Positions 49,551-62,937 are shown, counted from the whole stretch's first letter. The stretch is 62,937 bases of DNA, filler included, from Choristocarpus tenellus KU-1152 (GCA_964200185.2; 14 parts of 14 records of this genome joined end to end with filler, not necessarily neighbours in it), one strand, 5' to 3'. Notes: generated by a model from the letters alone, not told the origin. A program made the numbers and translations.

Positions 49551-50931
49551 CAAAAGATTGATTAGCCTATGTCTTACAAAGATTACTTAGAAACTAATAT
49601 TTTTGTCGGTCGTTTATTTCTGTGGGAGGGAACAAAATCTGAATTTAAGATGCGTGATGTAAGTTAACAACTGGTGAAGAGCTTGTTGAAAAGAGCAGTG
49701 TGGTGCGCATGCCCCTGCCCTGATAGCGTCTTAAGCTGTCTTGCATCTACCCCACTCAGTGAGAATAATGATGACTATTGCTTTGTCACAACCCCATATG
49801 TTGTGTGTGAACGTGTGTGTTGTTTCGGTTACCACTACTAATACACCTACTACTCCTTACTACAAGTACTCCTATCACTATAATCCATTCATAAACTGGC
49901 AGCTGCAAGGAAAGGGTATTATGATTACGAGATGCACTCCCTCAATTCTCTCTTCCACCTCTTCTCCTAGTGCTGTTGTTGTGGTTGTCAACATCATTAC
50001 TCCTCATTATCCATAATCAATGGTGTTCGCTTCGTTATTGTTTTGTAGAGTAATGGTGACATTTTGAACTTCAATTCTGACGGTTGCGAGTATTGTGTAC
50101 TCCAGAAAAAAACATATCACGACAGAGATACCGCCACTGTTGTCTTAGGAAGCGATGGGCAACAACAAGGAAAAAGAGAAGAAAAGCTGGTGAGAAAGTG
50201 CGTAAGAATTGGTTATTGCAGTACTACTGCTAGCTCTAGTGGGTATTAGTACTTAGTAACGGTAACGTTGAATGGACGAACAATTGTCAAACCATCTGCT
50301 GTCAATTGTGCCGATACAACGTAACAACAACAGCAGGCACCCACTTCACATCAAAAACATCTAGGACAAGATAACATTTCCTCACCTACATCGGCCTACT
50401 ACGATGCCCAGACGCCACCAAAATCCCAAACACAATTGTGCAACTACTACAGCGATCTGGGTCACCTCACAGGAACGAGAAGAAAAACACTGATAGAGAA
50501 CAACAACGCCATTTATGACTTAAGGGAGGGGCGGGTGTGTGGGGTTACAGTGATTCCTGTAGTGAGGGGGTTGTCCTGATCTCTCAAGAAAACGAATGGA
50601 TTATGAACACAAGAAGTTGATACAACGACAACATCAAGGACAAAAGCAACAGACAAATATCGTCGTCAATTGGTTGTCTCCACCACAATGTCCGGGTGCA
50701 GTGCCTTCTCGAACAAGTTCGGAAGCAGGGATGGTGCTGCCTTAAACTCTCACCACACACAACAAGGAAGTAGACAATACAACAACTATGATACTGATTT
50801 TTAAGAAAATGAGACTACAAAAGGCAAGAAGTATAACTACACCAGAACAGAAACGACATCAGCAGTGATATGAGCGAACCCATCCTGTGCCCCAATAAGC
50901 ACACGAAGGAAAACATTGGGGGTGGGTATTT

Positions 50932-51271
50932 TGTGCAAAATAGGACAATAGTGAGGTGTACCTTGTTTTTTGTATATGAGATGAATGTGTTGAATTGAGT
51001 CAGTGTGATGTAACTAATGAGATAGTACATCCGGAATATGTATGGGATTATGTATTGGTATATATTCCGCATTCAACTACTTCGACATAACGGTTGACTT
51101 AGATAGAAAGCAAAAATAAATAATAAACAAGCAATGAGAAGAGACCACACAGAGGTCACTCTTCCAATTACAACCATGTAATCAAGTTCAGTAAAGGGGG
51201 TCGTGTGAGACTTCACACCTTCTTATCTTCACTACTAACAAATAGCATTACCTCCCAAGGTAATTTGCACA
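50932..51271 (+). mobile_element. Copia LTR family E (340 bp, TGTGCAAA...TTTGCACA)
   Basis: Full-length similarity to 54261-54587 and 62371-62688. Confidence 0.85.
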
Positions 51272-51560
51272 GCATGCACTGAGACCTTGAAGTCCTTGAA
51301 AGTCTTCCAACGTGTGAGCACAAAGAGAAGGGCTGTCCACTCAAGGTTGCGGCGAGCCTCTCGGCTGCGTCTTCTGTGTGTGTGCCCAGTTTACTCAGCA
51401 TACTCTCGACCCTCCCCTTGTCAAGGAGGTTCGTATTGAACTCTTGGGACACAAATGTCGATGTGCAAGGTCCATGATATGCGTCATGTTGAGGCCTGTT
51501 GCTATCACCGCTGTGGTCCACTTCTGGTTGGACTTGTTGGTACTCCTGGTCGTTGCTCTG
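51272..51560 (-). pseudogene. Paralog fragment of the ParB/DGQHR-like gene, truncated next to LTR E
   Basis: FNTNLLDKGRVESMLSKLG..ERLAATLSGQPFSLC aligns with YNANLLDTNRVESMFSKLG..DRLAAILSGQPFSMC at 32521-32360. Confidence 0.85.
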
Positions 51561-52151
51561 TGGCTTGATGAGGGGGTGGGGTGCGAGCAGCAGTAGCAAC
51601 CAACACGAACAAGACGCATGCAGAGGCAGATACATGTCATTAGTGATGGAGGCAAGGGTATTGTCAGTGGGGACAAGGCAGGTAGTGCCGCAACATAGTA
51701 GGGACAGTATATGCGATTTGTGATTTCAAGGTCGATATAGCATCTGCAATGTCTGTTTGCACACGTGAATATTGTCCAACTAATGTCGTTCAATCGAGAC
51801 CTTTGTTCTTAGTGGAGAGGGTAAATTTTCGCTGTCGATACCGTGAGTTGTCAACATTTGTGGAACCGCAAAAGGTAGCAATTTTTTATGCATGGACAAA
51901 ACATGAATAACCCAACTTGATATCTTTTGTTTCAAGGAATGGAACAGGGGATTCGCAAAATTGAGGATGGAGCGGGACTATGAGGATGGTTNNNNNNNNN
52001 NNNNNNNNNNNNNNNNNNNNNNNNNNNNNNNNNNNTTAATTAATTAANNNNNNNNNNNNNNNNNNNNNNNNNNNNNNNNNNNNNNNNNNNNGACATGAAA
52101 AAATTTACCCCAAATGGACAGCCGCCATCCCCCCCCCAGATACTTTGAGCC

Positions 52152-54587
52152 ACATATTCAGCAATGGAGAATCGTGTGAGGCTCCACACCTTCTTGTCTT
52201 CACTATTGATCAAATAGCAATACCTTCCAAGGTTAATTGCAAAGGTTATGAGCCTAACTAGTATGGAGACAAGGAATAGGTTAGGTTCCTCATCTGGACT
52301 GAAGCACAAGGGCGGCCAGTGTAGACCTTGGACAACATGGAAATTATCCGTGATGGGTAACGCTGGTACAAAGGGTCTGTAAGACATTCTGCGGCGGAAA
52401 TCCATCGTCCCTGAACTCACGGAGACAGCAACCGGACAGGAGCGAACATCACACAAGAACTACGAAAAAAGAATGAATGGAGGATGCGGGGAGGGGGCTT
52501 GCCCATCGATTGGAGACCCCAAGATTCTTGCTTACAGAGCGAGAAAAGCAATTACTGTACCTGCCACAAAGAAAGGGAGCAGGATATCAGCAGGAGCAGT
52601 AATAAAGCCCCCACCAGAGGGGAAAGGAGCAGCTACACCTGAGGTGCTTGCTGCGATGACACACCTCCACAATCCCCCCACTCGCCTGTAAGAGGGCTAG
52701 AGTTGGGCCTCCAACACCTGAGGGAGAAGGAGCCAAGTAACCAATCCTGGTAAGGTAAGGCGTTGCTCTTTCCAAGGTGGTTGCCATAGTGACAGACCTG
52801 GATGATTTTCACAGGGAAGGTTATTGGCAAAGGACTGCCTGCACAAGACTGGTACGTCTGGGGAGTAAGTACTACCTACTCCAGACCATCAAGAACATCT
52901 TCTATTTCAGAGGCACCCTGGCGAGGCAGATTGTCGGCAAAGGGCTGCCTGCAAAAGACTTGTAAGTCTGGGGAGTAAGTACTATCTACTCCCGGCCATC
53001 CAGAACCATCTTTATATCAGAGGCACTCGTCGGGACGGATGCACAAGAATGGCAAGTGGTGATGGAGAAGATGGAGCGACAATGGATTAAGGGAACATTC
53101 ATAGAGGGAGAGGTTTTTCCACAGGGAAGAAATCCTGTCAAGACTAAGTATGAATTTAAGATAAAGCCAACAGTCGAGGGGACCATTGAACAGTTCAAGG
53201 CCAGGTTGGTGGAACAGGGCTCCACTCAACGAGAGGGTGTGGAATACTACAACGTTCAGCCCAGTGGATTGTATAATCAGAACTGTGCTGGTGACAGCAA
53301 CAGCTCTGTGAGAGAACTAGATCGCACTGCTTCATCACCACACAGGCGGCACTGGAAGGGACTATAACATGTACTGTATTATGTTACAGGCTCCACCGAT
53401 GTGGGGATACACTATCCCACTGAAGGAGAGAGAGGCAACAAAGGGCTCATATAGGGTAGGGAGACTTGGACTGGGCCAAAGATCCTTTATCGAGATGGAG
53501 CATCACAGGAAATCTACTCCTATTCAATGAAAGAATGAAAGGCCGTGTGAGCGTCTGAAACGCAAAAAAACTTGAATTATGATAGGCTTCGGCCCTGGGA
53601 AAGTGAGTGCTACGTCCACCAAGAGAAACAGCAGAGGGGAGCTGGTTCCAGTTTCATCCATATACCAAGCAAGGGGTCATCATGGGACACGATTGTCCAT
53701 TGCTGTGTTGGTACATCTGGAGAACCAGTAAAAATACTTCATAGACACTGTTTTGATAAGATGAATGTAGTGTGTGAGAGCTGAAGCAATCTGTGTTTTT
53801 TTACTTCCACTCTCATGGGGAGGTGTGCAGGATAATATACAAATTAAGGTAATATGTAACTGAAAGCATTCGGGACCATTCAGAGTGAAAGCATCTTAGA
53901 GGGTACGAGTTTTGCCCTGTTTGTCCTTTTGGGGCTTGGCTTCCCATGTTTTTTTTTAATACATTTTCCTACTCCAAAATATTTCGGGGTAGGTAAATTT
54001 ATACGTTATGAAAATGTGTGTCCAGAACAAGGATATTGACACTTCCTAACAAAAGCGATAGCCAAAATTGCATCAAAATCACAACATTGGGTTTTGGCCC
54101 CCAAACGGACACGACTTTACTCTCTAAGATACTTTGGCTCTCAGACAGGCAGTGTTGACAAGGTTGTAGATTAATTTCGTTCTGACTATCTCTCTATATA
54201 TATGCATGATAGGTTTGAGAGTTCCAGCAACCTTTCATTGCCTACACTATCATGGGGGAGTGTGGAAAAATAGCACCATAGTAGGTGTACCCTATTTTGT
54301 GTATGTGAGATTTTTGTGTTGGATTGAGTCCATGTGATGTAACTAAAAAGATACTACATCTGGATTATGTATGGGGTTTTGTATTGCAATCAAAACTCTC
54401 TGAAATAACCGTTGACTTACGTCTGAGGCACAAATAATAATATAAAAGCAATAAGAAGACCTCCCACAAGGCCACTCTTCTTTTCAACCGTGTAAACATA
54501 CTCAGCAATTGGGAATTGTGTGAGGCTCCACACGTTCTTTTCTTCACTACTGATCAAATAGCAATACCTACCAAGATTAATTGCACA
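52152..54587 (+). mobile_element. Internally deleted Copia: partial 5' LTR, PBS, RT remnants, PPT, 3' LTR
   Basis: The LTR ends at about 52243 and is followed by GGTTATGAGCC. RT remnant GRNPVKTKYEFKIK..FKARLVEQGSTQREGVEY. PPT GGGGGAG precedes the LTR at 54261-54587. A tandem duplication of about 111 bp lies at 52826-53030. Confidence 0.85.
53883..54140 (+). mobile_element. MITE family A, complete (258 bp)
   Basis: GAGTGAAAGCATCTTAGAGGGTA ... TACTCTCTAAGATACTTTGGCTC with TCA on both flanks. Confidence 0.88.
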
Positions 54588-55546
54588 GGCACAGTATTTG
54601 AAGTGGATGATGGAGGGGTGTCGTTGGATAGATGTGGAGTGTTGTGGTGGAGAATGGTGTGGTGTAGTATAATGTGGTGGAAAGTATTGTGGAGGAAGGT
54701 GGAGGGTCGTAGAGAGTGGTGGAGGAAAGTGGATGGATTCACCGAAATAAAATTGGGTGCATTGGTTGGTGACTGGAAACTGGTGACAAAGATTGGTCGT
54801 ACTGGGTGGTCATATCTGGTGGCTGGGAATCAGTGGCGAAGATTAGTCGCACAGGTTGTTCACGGGACACATGGGATTGGTCGCATTGGTTGGTCGCTGG
54901 AAATCAGTGGCGAACATTGGTCGCACTGGTTGGTCACCAATGGTGTAAGATGATTGAGTACGAGTAGAGCGGATGGACGACTAAGGTGAGGGTGATTAAT
55001 AATCCAGAATTTATGAGCAAAGCAAAACTTAGCCTGTTCTTGTTTTAACCTTAGAAATCTAGTCACTCGCATTTGCGATCTGCCCATTTATTTTTAGTTT
55101 CCTTTTTCGATTTTCGTAATCAGGTTGTAGCCCCTTGCGTCTGAAAATGCTTGACCACTCATCAATGTTGTGCCTGACGGCGCATCTCTTTGTATTTGAT
55201 GATGTGGTCCAATAACACTTCTATATCTCATGCTTTCAACAATTTTTGGCAATTTTGTTGACAGGAATGCTAAATTAGATTAAGGTAGTATTGAATATTA
55301 AGAACTGTAACACATTTAGACAATGTATTTCAATGTTCAAAATGTTTTCATTCAAGTCCGGTAGTTCCTACTACTAGACGAGCATTACTATCAGCAGCCT
55401 CTTTTATTAAATCTTCTAAAACATTTGGATCTGAGAAATCTAAACTACATCGGAAATGAGAAAGGAATGTCGATACCGTTTTCTCCCTTCTTTGTGGGCG
55501 CACGGTTTGGGGAACTCGATACAACTTAAAAAATATATATATATAT

Positions 55547-55663
55547 TTATTATTATGCCCTCTGACATTTTGCAGATGTGTCAGGGGGGAAACCAATGAA
55601 AACTATATATATGTCGTTGTTAGCCCTATAGATATATTATTACGCCCTCTGATATTTTGCAGA
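55547..55663 (-). repeat. Repeat family D with duplicated tail
   Basis: TATTATTATGCCCTCTGACATTTTGCAGAT is repeated (diverged) at about 55635-55663. Confidence 0.85.
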
Positions 55664-56197
55664 TAAAATATTATTCAGAACAATCAACAACGTGTACACT
55701 CGCAATAAAGATATCAAGGATGAATCAGCATGAGGGGATGGCCACCAAAGGGTTCCTCGTGAAGAGTAGAATTTTTGGATATATTGATGCCAGCAATCTA
55801 TCGAAAACGAGCCTACCAGCACGAATCGAAAAGTTGAGAGAGGCATTCCATGTGACTTGCAATGTCGTATTGAGATTTATGTTTCCAACACAACTTCATC
55901 CCTCCAATACTTTGAGCAACCATATTCTTAGCAGGTACACATCGTCGTGTTCACTCTAAAAAACACATGGTTTGGGGGATTCTTAAGTGAACGTGACAAT
56001 CTGTCACACTCGCTAAAATTATATGAGGTAGTGCTTTAGAGTATAGCAAGTACATGACTCAATATATCTGGGGGGGGGGCGGCTGTCCATTTGGGGGNNN
56101 NNNNNNNNNNNNNNNNNNNNNNNNNNNNNNNNNNNNNNNNNTTAATTAATTAANNNNNNNNNNNNNNNNNNNNNNNNNNNNNNNNNNNNNNNNNNNN

Positions 56198-57044
56198 CTC
56201 CAACCTGAACAGCGAACATACCCCTGCCCACTTCTGGTGGGGGCAACGTCCCCCTAACCGCAGTTGTCCCGGCTCGAACCCCCCCCCCGCTCTGGATTGC
56301 GTCAGTCCGTCCCCCCAAAGGTTCTGGAGGAACTGGCAGACTTTCCCCCTGGGCTGGAAACGCTGCCCTTGGAACAGAGCTGCCCTGCACGGGCTGAAGA
56401 GGCGGATTTCCCCTTGGAGGAGGGGGTAAAGCAGCACTACCCGAAACAACGGGGGGTGGAGGAACTGAACCTTTGGAAGTAGGACCAAGGTTTGTAGCAG
56501 GAGGAGCGGGGGGTCCATGGGTGGTGCCAGGCCAATGCTGACGGGCCGCTGGGACAGTACCTCCGGGGACATTGACTCCAACAGCCGGCATTCCTGTTGA
56601 CCAGTGACCACTCTTCTGACCCTGTAAGGATGGCACACCTTGGCGTTGCATGCCCGCCTGTCCGACAGCAAGAGGTGCGACCTGTGGGTGCTGCTGTTGC
56701 TGATGTGGTTGCTGATGTGGTTGCTGATGTGGTTGCTGATGCGGTTGCTGATGCTTTTGTTGTTGCTGTTGCTGTACCAAACCTTTCAGGCCAGGAGCCC
56801 CCGGTATTGGCACGTCGCGGCGGGGGAGAATTAAAGCGGCTCGTTCAGCATCTGCGCGGTCGAGCCTTTGAACCAGAGAGCGATACCGATTGATCTGCCC
56901 CTTCAGAATCTCCAACTGCTGAGGAGTGAAAACATAGGGGGGGTACGGCCTCTGTGCTGGCGGGCCTGCTGCAAGGATCGGTCGTTGACCTCCTGATTCG
57001 TTTCCATGTCGCCCAGGTGTGCCACGAGGCTGGCGACTTTGCAT
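56198..57044 (-). CDS. QLQ-domain, Gln/Pro-rich N-terminus (SNF2/BRM-type remodeller candidate), partial
   Basis: YVFTPQQLEILKGQINRYRSL fits QLQ (FTxxQLxxLxxQIxxYxxL), followed by polyQ/QQPH repeats. The start codon is uncertain because the frame is open to 57377. Confidence 0.7.
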
Positions 57045-57551
57045 ACTCCTGAAGTTTCCTCCCTCACTATCAATTCCTTGATTAACCTGTATACTGGGAG
57101 GGCGCACCGGTCCCTCGGTGCTTTGAAACAGCGCTTGAGGTCCCTTGAGCGTGTTTGATTTCCTTACAAGAGCCTTGTTGGTTTTCTGACCCCACTCCTT
57201 GGGTCCCTTTTCTGCCTCCTCAACAGCACTACCCTTTGCGATATATGTATAGTGGTCTATCAAGCCGATATTGAATGTGTTTTGTTGTGAGGAGTTCAAC
57301 ACCTTGAAAGCACAATCCACACAAATTTCAAAATGTAGTTTGAATCCAAGATAATTTTTTTGGTCTCTCCCACTCAACTGTCAACTGAATAGGATGGTGA
57401 TGATTTTAAAAATACGTACTTGTTGTGGTATGGGGTGGTGACAAGAGGCAACAGAAACAGAGAATACAACGAACACAAAACATCAATACAATCACTATTC
57501 TGTACAATTTACAATCGATGTCTTGATACACCACCTATATATATATTATAT

Positions 57552-57624
57552 ACACATATGTATATAGTTTTCATTGGTTTCCCCCTGACACATCTGCAAA
57601 ATGTCAGAGGGCATAATAATAATA
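57552..57624 (+). repeat. Repeat family D, 5'-truncated
   Basis: Hairpin followed by CATAATAATAAT. Confidence 0.85.
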
Positions 57625-59804
57625 TACACCCCCTCCAACAACAACAATAGTATTAATTGATTTTTCTACGCCAACATGATGTGGTAGATTAAATCTCATA
57701 ATACATGCGGTTCGAGATACGATGGAGATATCAAGAGACAGATACTTCGACCCTTAGCCTTCTACCAAATTTTTTGACTTGTCTGATGTCCTCGACTGGT
57801 ATCTATTTATCTCGATACATCGGAAACAATGAATCTTATATTTCGATCCACCCTGTTCTAAACCAATCATCACATCAAGAAGACAAAAGTATTGCTGATC
57901 CTTGGAATTAGTACCCATGAAGCTTCCAAGTTCCAAGTTTATGGTTGGTTTTTTGCCTTTGGTTGTGATGTTTGTCGAATGTACGTGAATTGATGGAGTA
58001 TCTGGATAGCACAATGCATGGGTGTAACATTGTGCAGGGATCTATGGGAAGGCATTCCTAACAGTTGAGGCCCAATAAAAACACGCTCGTCTGGGCGCCA
58101 TGTCATCAAGAATCTCAACCGTTAACCCATCATGACCTGTCACCCTTGTGATGCAGTGATGCTTGAAAGAAAAAAACTGCCAGAGAAGGGTCAAGGAGAA
58201 GGGAACCAACTTGGAACATTCTCAACATATTGCATACTCGAACCTGTGGTCAGAAAAAGAGTGCAAAAGAGAGCAGAAGAAATGAATCCTGATGCACCGT
58301 AAAGGCAGGTTCATCAGACAAGTCCACAGGGAGAAGAAAATTCACGGAAAGAAAAACATGATTCAAGGAACAGCTCCACAATACGAAAGGACACCAGTAG
58401 TTTCAAGAAGGAGCACATGTCGATATGCTGTACATCACAAGATCTAGGATAAGACCTCACACCCTGTAGATACAACCTACTTACATCAACCCCAAGAGGA
58501 GTATCCTAAGCTAGGCAAAGAGCCCAGTCCCTTTCCCCCTCAAAGAAGAAAAAAGAGAAGAAGCTTGGCTGACAATTATCACACATGATTAGTAACCAGA
58601 GGCCACTTCCTCATGACAGGCTGGGAATTCAATATGTATTTTGTGGTAATAAACAGTAGATCATGGTCATGTACGCTAACTCTGGCCCTAACCCTGACCT
58701 TAACCCCCTGTCCATGCCCTAAAAATTTGAGACAAATCCTGTAGAATGTGCATGATAAACAATACATTGTGTCCCTATAAATAATGGTGGCATCTTTTTG
58801 ACCCAAAGTGTCTGAGGGGGGGGGGGGGGGGGGGCGAACACAAAAGGGAGGGAGGGGGNNNNNNNNNNNNNNNNNNNNNNNNNNNNNNNNNNNNNNNNNN
58901 NNTTAATTAATTAANNNNNNNNNNNNNNNNNNNNNNNNNNNNNNNNNNNNNNNNNNNNCCTACCCCCCCCCCCTCCAGAGTCAATCTTAAATGCAGGGGT
59001 GTTTCAGAAGTAAACTTCTTGTACTATACACTCAAGTGTGTGATTTAATAAGCAAGGCCCCTGCAACATGATGTCAGGTTAGGGTTAGGGTTAGGTTTGT
59101 GTCAGAGCCAGAAGCTTCCAAGAAAAAGATGGACCGACTATCACTGTTACCCCCATCCCTCTTCAGCACTAAAATCTCAGTCCCTTAAATCTCATTACCC
59201 CCATCCAAATACAGGGTGACCCAAATATTCCATTACGGCAACGGCCACGCTGGCATTCATGCCCATTGAGGCATGGTAGTCCAAGTCAGAGGTGAGGAAC
59301 CAGATAGTGATCTTTTGCTACACCCAAAAAGACCAAAATGTGTGGAAAGCTACACAGGTTGCAGTGAAGTATGAGACAAGGGTGAGGTAAGTACACAGCC
59401 AAAAACTGGGCTCTGACTACCATTAGCACGGGTTGTCTGTCCATGTAGAGGCACGTCTGGTCAGTATGACCCCAAGTCTTCCTTACGGAATGAGATTGAG
59501 AATGGCATCCTATGCCAAGCCAAAATGCCATGCCTTATCGGCTAGTTGGACTAATTGAAGGCACTCAAAGTGGATCGTCTATTGAAAAAAGAACTCATTC
59601 CCTAGTAGAATTTAATTTTAATCCGCCACCCATCAGTGAGTTAATACAGTCCACACAGAGCACTTCCAAGATAGTTGAAGCAGGAGGCTCTGAGAACTTC
59701 ATATGTATGCACAAATAACATACAGGCCCAGCAAATGGGTGTACACAAACACCCAAAAAAAATGTCAGCGTTCCATGATACAATCCTGTCTCAAAATTCC
59801 TCAC

Positions 59805-59975
59805 CGGAATGGCTGCCACTCTCATGAGAGTAAGGATGTTGGGTGCGTTCCATAATGGTGTTGATTTCACCATGTCCACTGGTGCCCCGCTGTCAACCAT
59901 TTCCACCTCCTGGGATGGCAGAGATGTGGATATAATGGCATCGTCACCTGCTACAGTCTGAGCCTCATCTGCCAT
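59805..59975 (-). CDS. CDP-alcohol phosphatidyltransferase (PGP synthase/cardiolipin synthase-like), one exon
   Basis: LWNAPNILTLMRVAAIP followed by a GTGAGG donor; matches the PNxLTxxR N-terminal motif of the PgsA family. Confidence 0.8.
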
Positions 59976-62370
59976 TGCCTGGAGTAAGGAAGTGTTCTCT
60001 CTGTATATGTTGTGGCCCTGCAGCGAGTTTTGCGTGAGAGCACGCGCGCGCGCGCGCGTGTGTGTGTGAGGTATCGCCTGTCACAGTGCCAAAATGAAGA
60101 AGTTGTTAACCTCCCCCAGCCTGACCCTTCAAAAATCATTTCTATATTATCAAAGTTTTCCATTCAATGGAAACTGTTTGTAGCAGGCAAAAGAATTGCC
60201 CTTAATACCTAGTCCAACAGTCCACGCCATGGACGAGACTCCCGTGAAATGCCCTTGCCGAAATCAGGCGAGAGGATTCTTATGAGACGTGTGGTGTGCT
60301 GTATAGTGCTCTAATTCAATGGGGGACACTTCAGCACAACTACAGTCTTCAAGGAGTTAAAGAGGGCAAGGGGACTTCGGGAAGTCTTAAGCGATATTTT
60401 GGTAGCGGCGGCACTATTTGACGTTTGCACGCGACCCTTTCACGGCTGGCAACTTTGTTGACAATACAGTTCCTCACCGGCAGGTTGTTCAGCTTGGGAG
60501 AGGACTGTGCATGTACGGGTGACTTCGCCGACGATGAAACCAATGGCATGGGGACAAGAAATGCCCCAACGATGCGGGGCAAGCTCGGTAGCAGAACGCT
60601 GTTCAGTGGAGGACGAGTGCAACGACGGAAGGGGGGGCGAAGGGGGGGCTTGAGCCATGTTGAGTGAATTTGGGCAAATAGTATATGTTGACCTCTTCTT
60701 AGGGCCCCTGAGATCAGGCAAAAAGGGTGACCTAGACTCGATTCATGATGGAGGGGCACTCAGCAGGCGGAACGAGGTACCTGGGCACGAGTCACGGCGG
60801 AGGGACATACTGCCAGAGCACGAAAGGTGCTGGATGGCTGGATGGTAGTATCCCATACATGTCCATGACGTGTCGAATGCACACATCCGGTAAACCATCA
60901 CACGACACATGCGTTGGTAGCCTGTAGGAGGGATGTCGGCTTTCAGGAGGAAATTGGAGACCACTCGCTGTCCATCAACCACAGCGTTTGGGATGTTCCA
61001 GTGCAAGTTGGACACATCTCTCGCCAAGCAATCGTGCCCAACAAAACGAAGTTAACCAAACAGAATCAGGAAGGCGACTGAAGGAAAATACTCAACAAAC
61101 TTCATTCCGGCATGCTACCTAAGAAAAACAGCCCTCGGTATATTCCACTTACTTTGGCAGAGCCAGGAAAGTAGCCCCAAAGGAGATGATGGAACGAGCA
61201 CTTCTCTTGCTTGACCAAGCTGGCATGGTTCAGTATTCCTCTACTCAGAGGATCCACGAGATTAGATACACTTCGTTCTCCTTATGACAAATAAAATCCA
61301 GACACTTGAGCACGGCCTTGAACTGATGTATTCCAAAAAAGGTTGAAACAAGAGTGATCCAATTCTCTGACCACAGTTGGGATTGTTTTTTGAAGGCGTT
61401 TGTTAATAATACTATTAAGGTGGTGAATATACCAGTAGCTTCGCCCTCTGTGGCAATCTTGCTTTTATTCACAGGAACGCCACAACTGCCAAACAACATT
61501 GTATATATCAAATGAAAGGGTATGATAAGAGCTTTTGAAGGTTTTTATGCATGAGTGTTCAGGCTTCGGGGAACGGGACCTATTTCCCGATCAAAAAATG
61601 GCAAAATCGTGGGGGAACATCTCCGACGCAATTTTGAAGGTGAAGATTTCAAAATTGACAAACATGAAGTGGCTGGCCGAACTCCTTGCACAAACCTGGT
61701 CCAGGATAGGTCGCTGGCCAACTTTGACCGGTGTGGCGATACCGAAAAACAAAGCAAGATTTCCAGACATCTTTTTAACGCCTTTTCCAGACTTTCTGTG
61801 AGCACACACACGCTTGACTTACACAGAAACATGAGCCATGAAGGTGAGATAAGGAGAGTCGCCGAGGCCATTCTTCCCCCTGGATCTACCCTCGGCAACT
61901 TCTCTGTTGAGAGGCGACGGAAATGTAAGTACCATGTGACACTCAGTGCGATGTTAGGTGATGAGAAAGTGCGAGTAGTGTGGTGCAGCAGCATAATCAA
62001 ATCACGAAATGGATCACGGGGTCGTGACGCTGACGCTGAGAGAAGATGCATTGAAAGCATTACCACACAAAGGTGGTTGGATCTTCAACCGATACAAAGC
62101 ACTGCTCTGCAGTCTCTCCCGCCTCGGGAAAGCAGGAAGACAGCGGCGAGTCCATCACCAGGTGGTACAGTGACGAAGTCTGTGAGGAAGCCTGGTCATG
62201 GCAGGCGAAGGGAGAACCGGGGTGGCCGCCTAAAGGGAAGATTGGGGAAGAGAGAAGTGCGACTGCGTGCCATTGCGATCAGGAAACGCCTAAGCAAAAA
62301 CCCGGTTGTACAATATCTTAGTAGTTGACAGTTGCAGCAGGCCCTGGCTGTTTGGAAGGTGTGCGACCCG

Positions 62371-62688
62371 TGTGCAATTTACCTTGGGAGGTAATGCTAT
62401 TTTTCAGTAGTGAAGACAAGAAGGTGCAAAGCCTCACACGATCCCTTTTGCTAAACGTGGAAATAATGTATGGAATTAGGAGAGTGACCTTTATGGGGTA
62501 TCTTCTATAGCTTTTTATTATTTTTTTACTTATACACAAGTCAACGGGTGATGTCAGAGAATTCTAATTGCAATACCAAACCCCATACATAATCCAGATG
62601 TATTATTTCATTAGTTACATCACATGGACTCAATTCAACGCAATAATCTCACATACGCAAAATAAGGTGCATTGTCCTATTTTCCACA
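62371..62688 (-). mobile_element. Solo LTR family E
   Basis: TGT...ACA ends; flanks ACCCG/ACCCA (5-bp TSD with one mismatch, typical Copia length). Confidence 0.85.
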
Positions 62689-62908
62689 ACCCAGAGTGGC
62701 TTAAGGAAACGAGAAAGAAGGTGTTAGGGTTGGGGTACAAGGGCTCTGAAGCCCGAAAGAAGGTTGAAAGGGCTCGCAAGGCAAAGGAGAAAGCGATCAT
62801 AACAAAGGCAGCCGTGGAGACCTTTCGATACCACCAAATCCTTTACTTAGAAGAGGTTGCAAAACAGGCGGAGGTAGCAATCGACGTGGACGCCAGGGAA
62901 GAAGTGGA

Positions 62909-62937
62909 GGGTCAAAGTATCTGGGGGGGGGGGGGGG
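62909..62937 (+). mobile_element. MITE B/C terminus at window end
   Basis: GGGTCAAAGTATCT-polyG. Similar termini at 58800 and 44750-44769. Confidence 0.75.

Noticed and set aside
59078-59096. TTAGGG repeats as telomeres (also about 12359 and 39278)
   Set aside because: Only 2-3 units and internal, so these are interstitial simple repeats.

Overview
This window is not one contiguous locus. It is 14 eukaryotic contigs joined by thirteen artificial 100-nt spacers (44 N + TTAATTAATTAA + 44 N). Gene content and intron-rich structure point to a photosynthetic stramenopile, most likely a brown alga or close relative (inference): an S1-type sulfatase, a GDPH-domain M12 protease, a stramenopile-type VAP and interstitial TTAGGG repeats. 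Spliced genes and fragments reconstructed by hand are an MLKL-NTD-like plus VWA protein divergent from an Mx/DRP4-like dynamin, a sulfatase, a HIPL1/HHIP-like secreted protein, a 13-exon M12 metalloprotease-GDPH gene with one in-frame TAA, the C-terminus of a VAP, a complete DGK1/dolichol-kinase-family gene divergent from a CHK2-like gene, a QLQ-domain protein and a PGP/cardiolipin synthase exon. Much of the rest is mobile DNA: Copia and Gypsy relics and their LTRs, three MITE families sharing one terminal motif (many contig ends fall in them), a hairpin-(TAA)n repeat, and a degenerate multicopy gene with a ParB/DGQHR-like motif next to repeat arrays. The strongest candidates for novelty are the MLKL-like/VWA plus Mx-like pair (possible innate-immunity module) and the ParB/DGQHR-like element. 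All exon boundaries and domain calls come from reading by eye; no searches were run.
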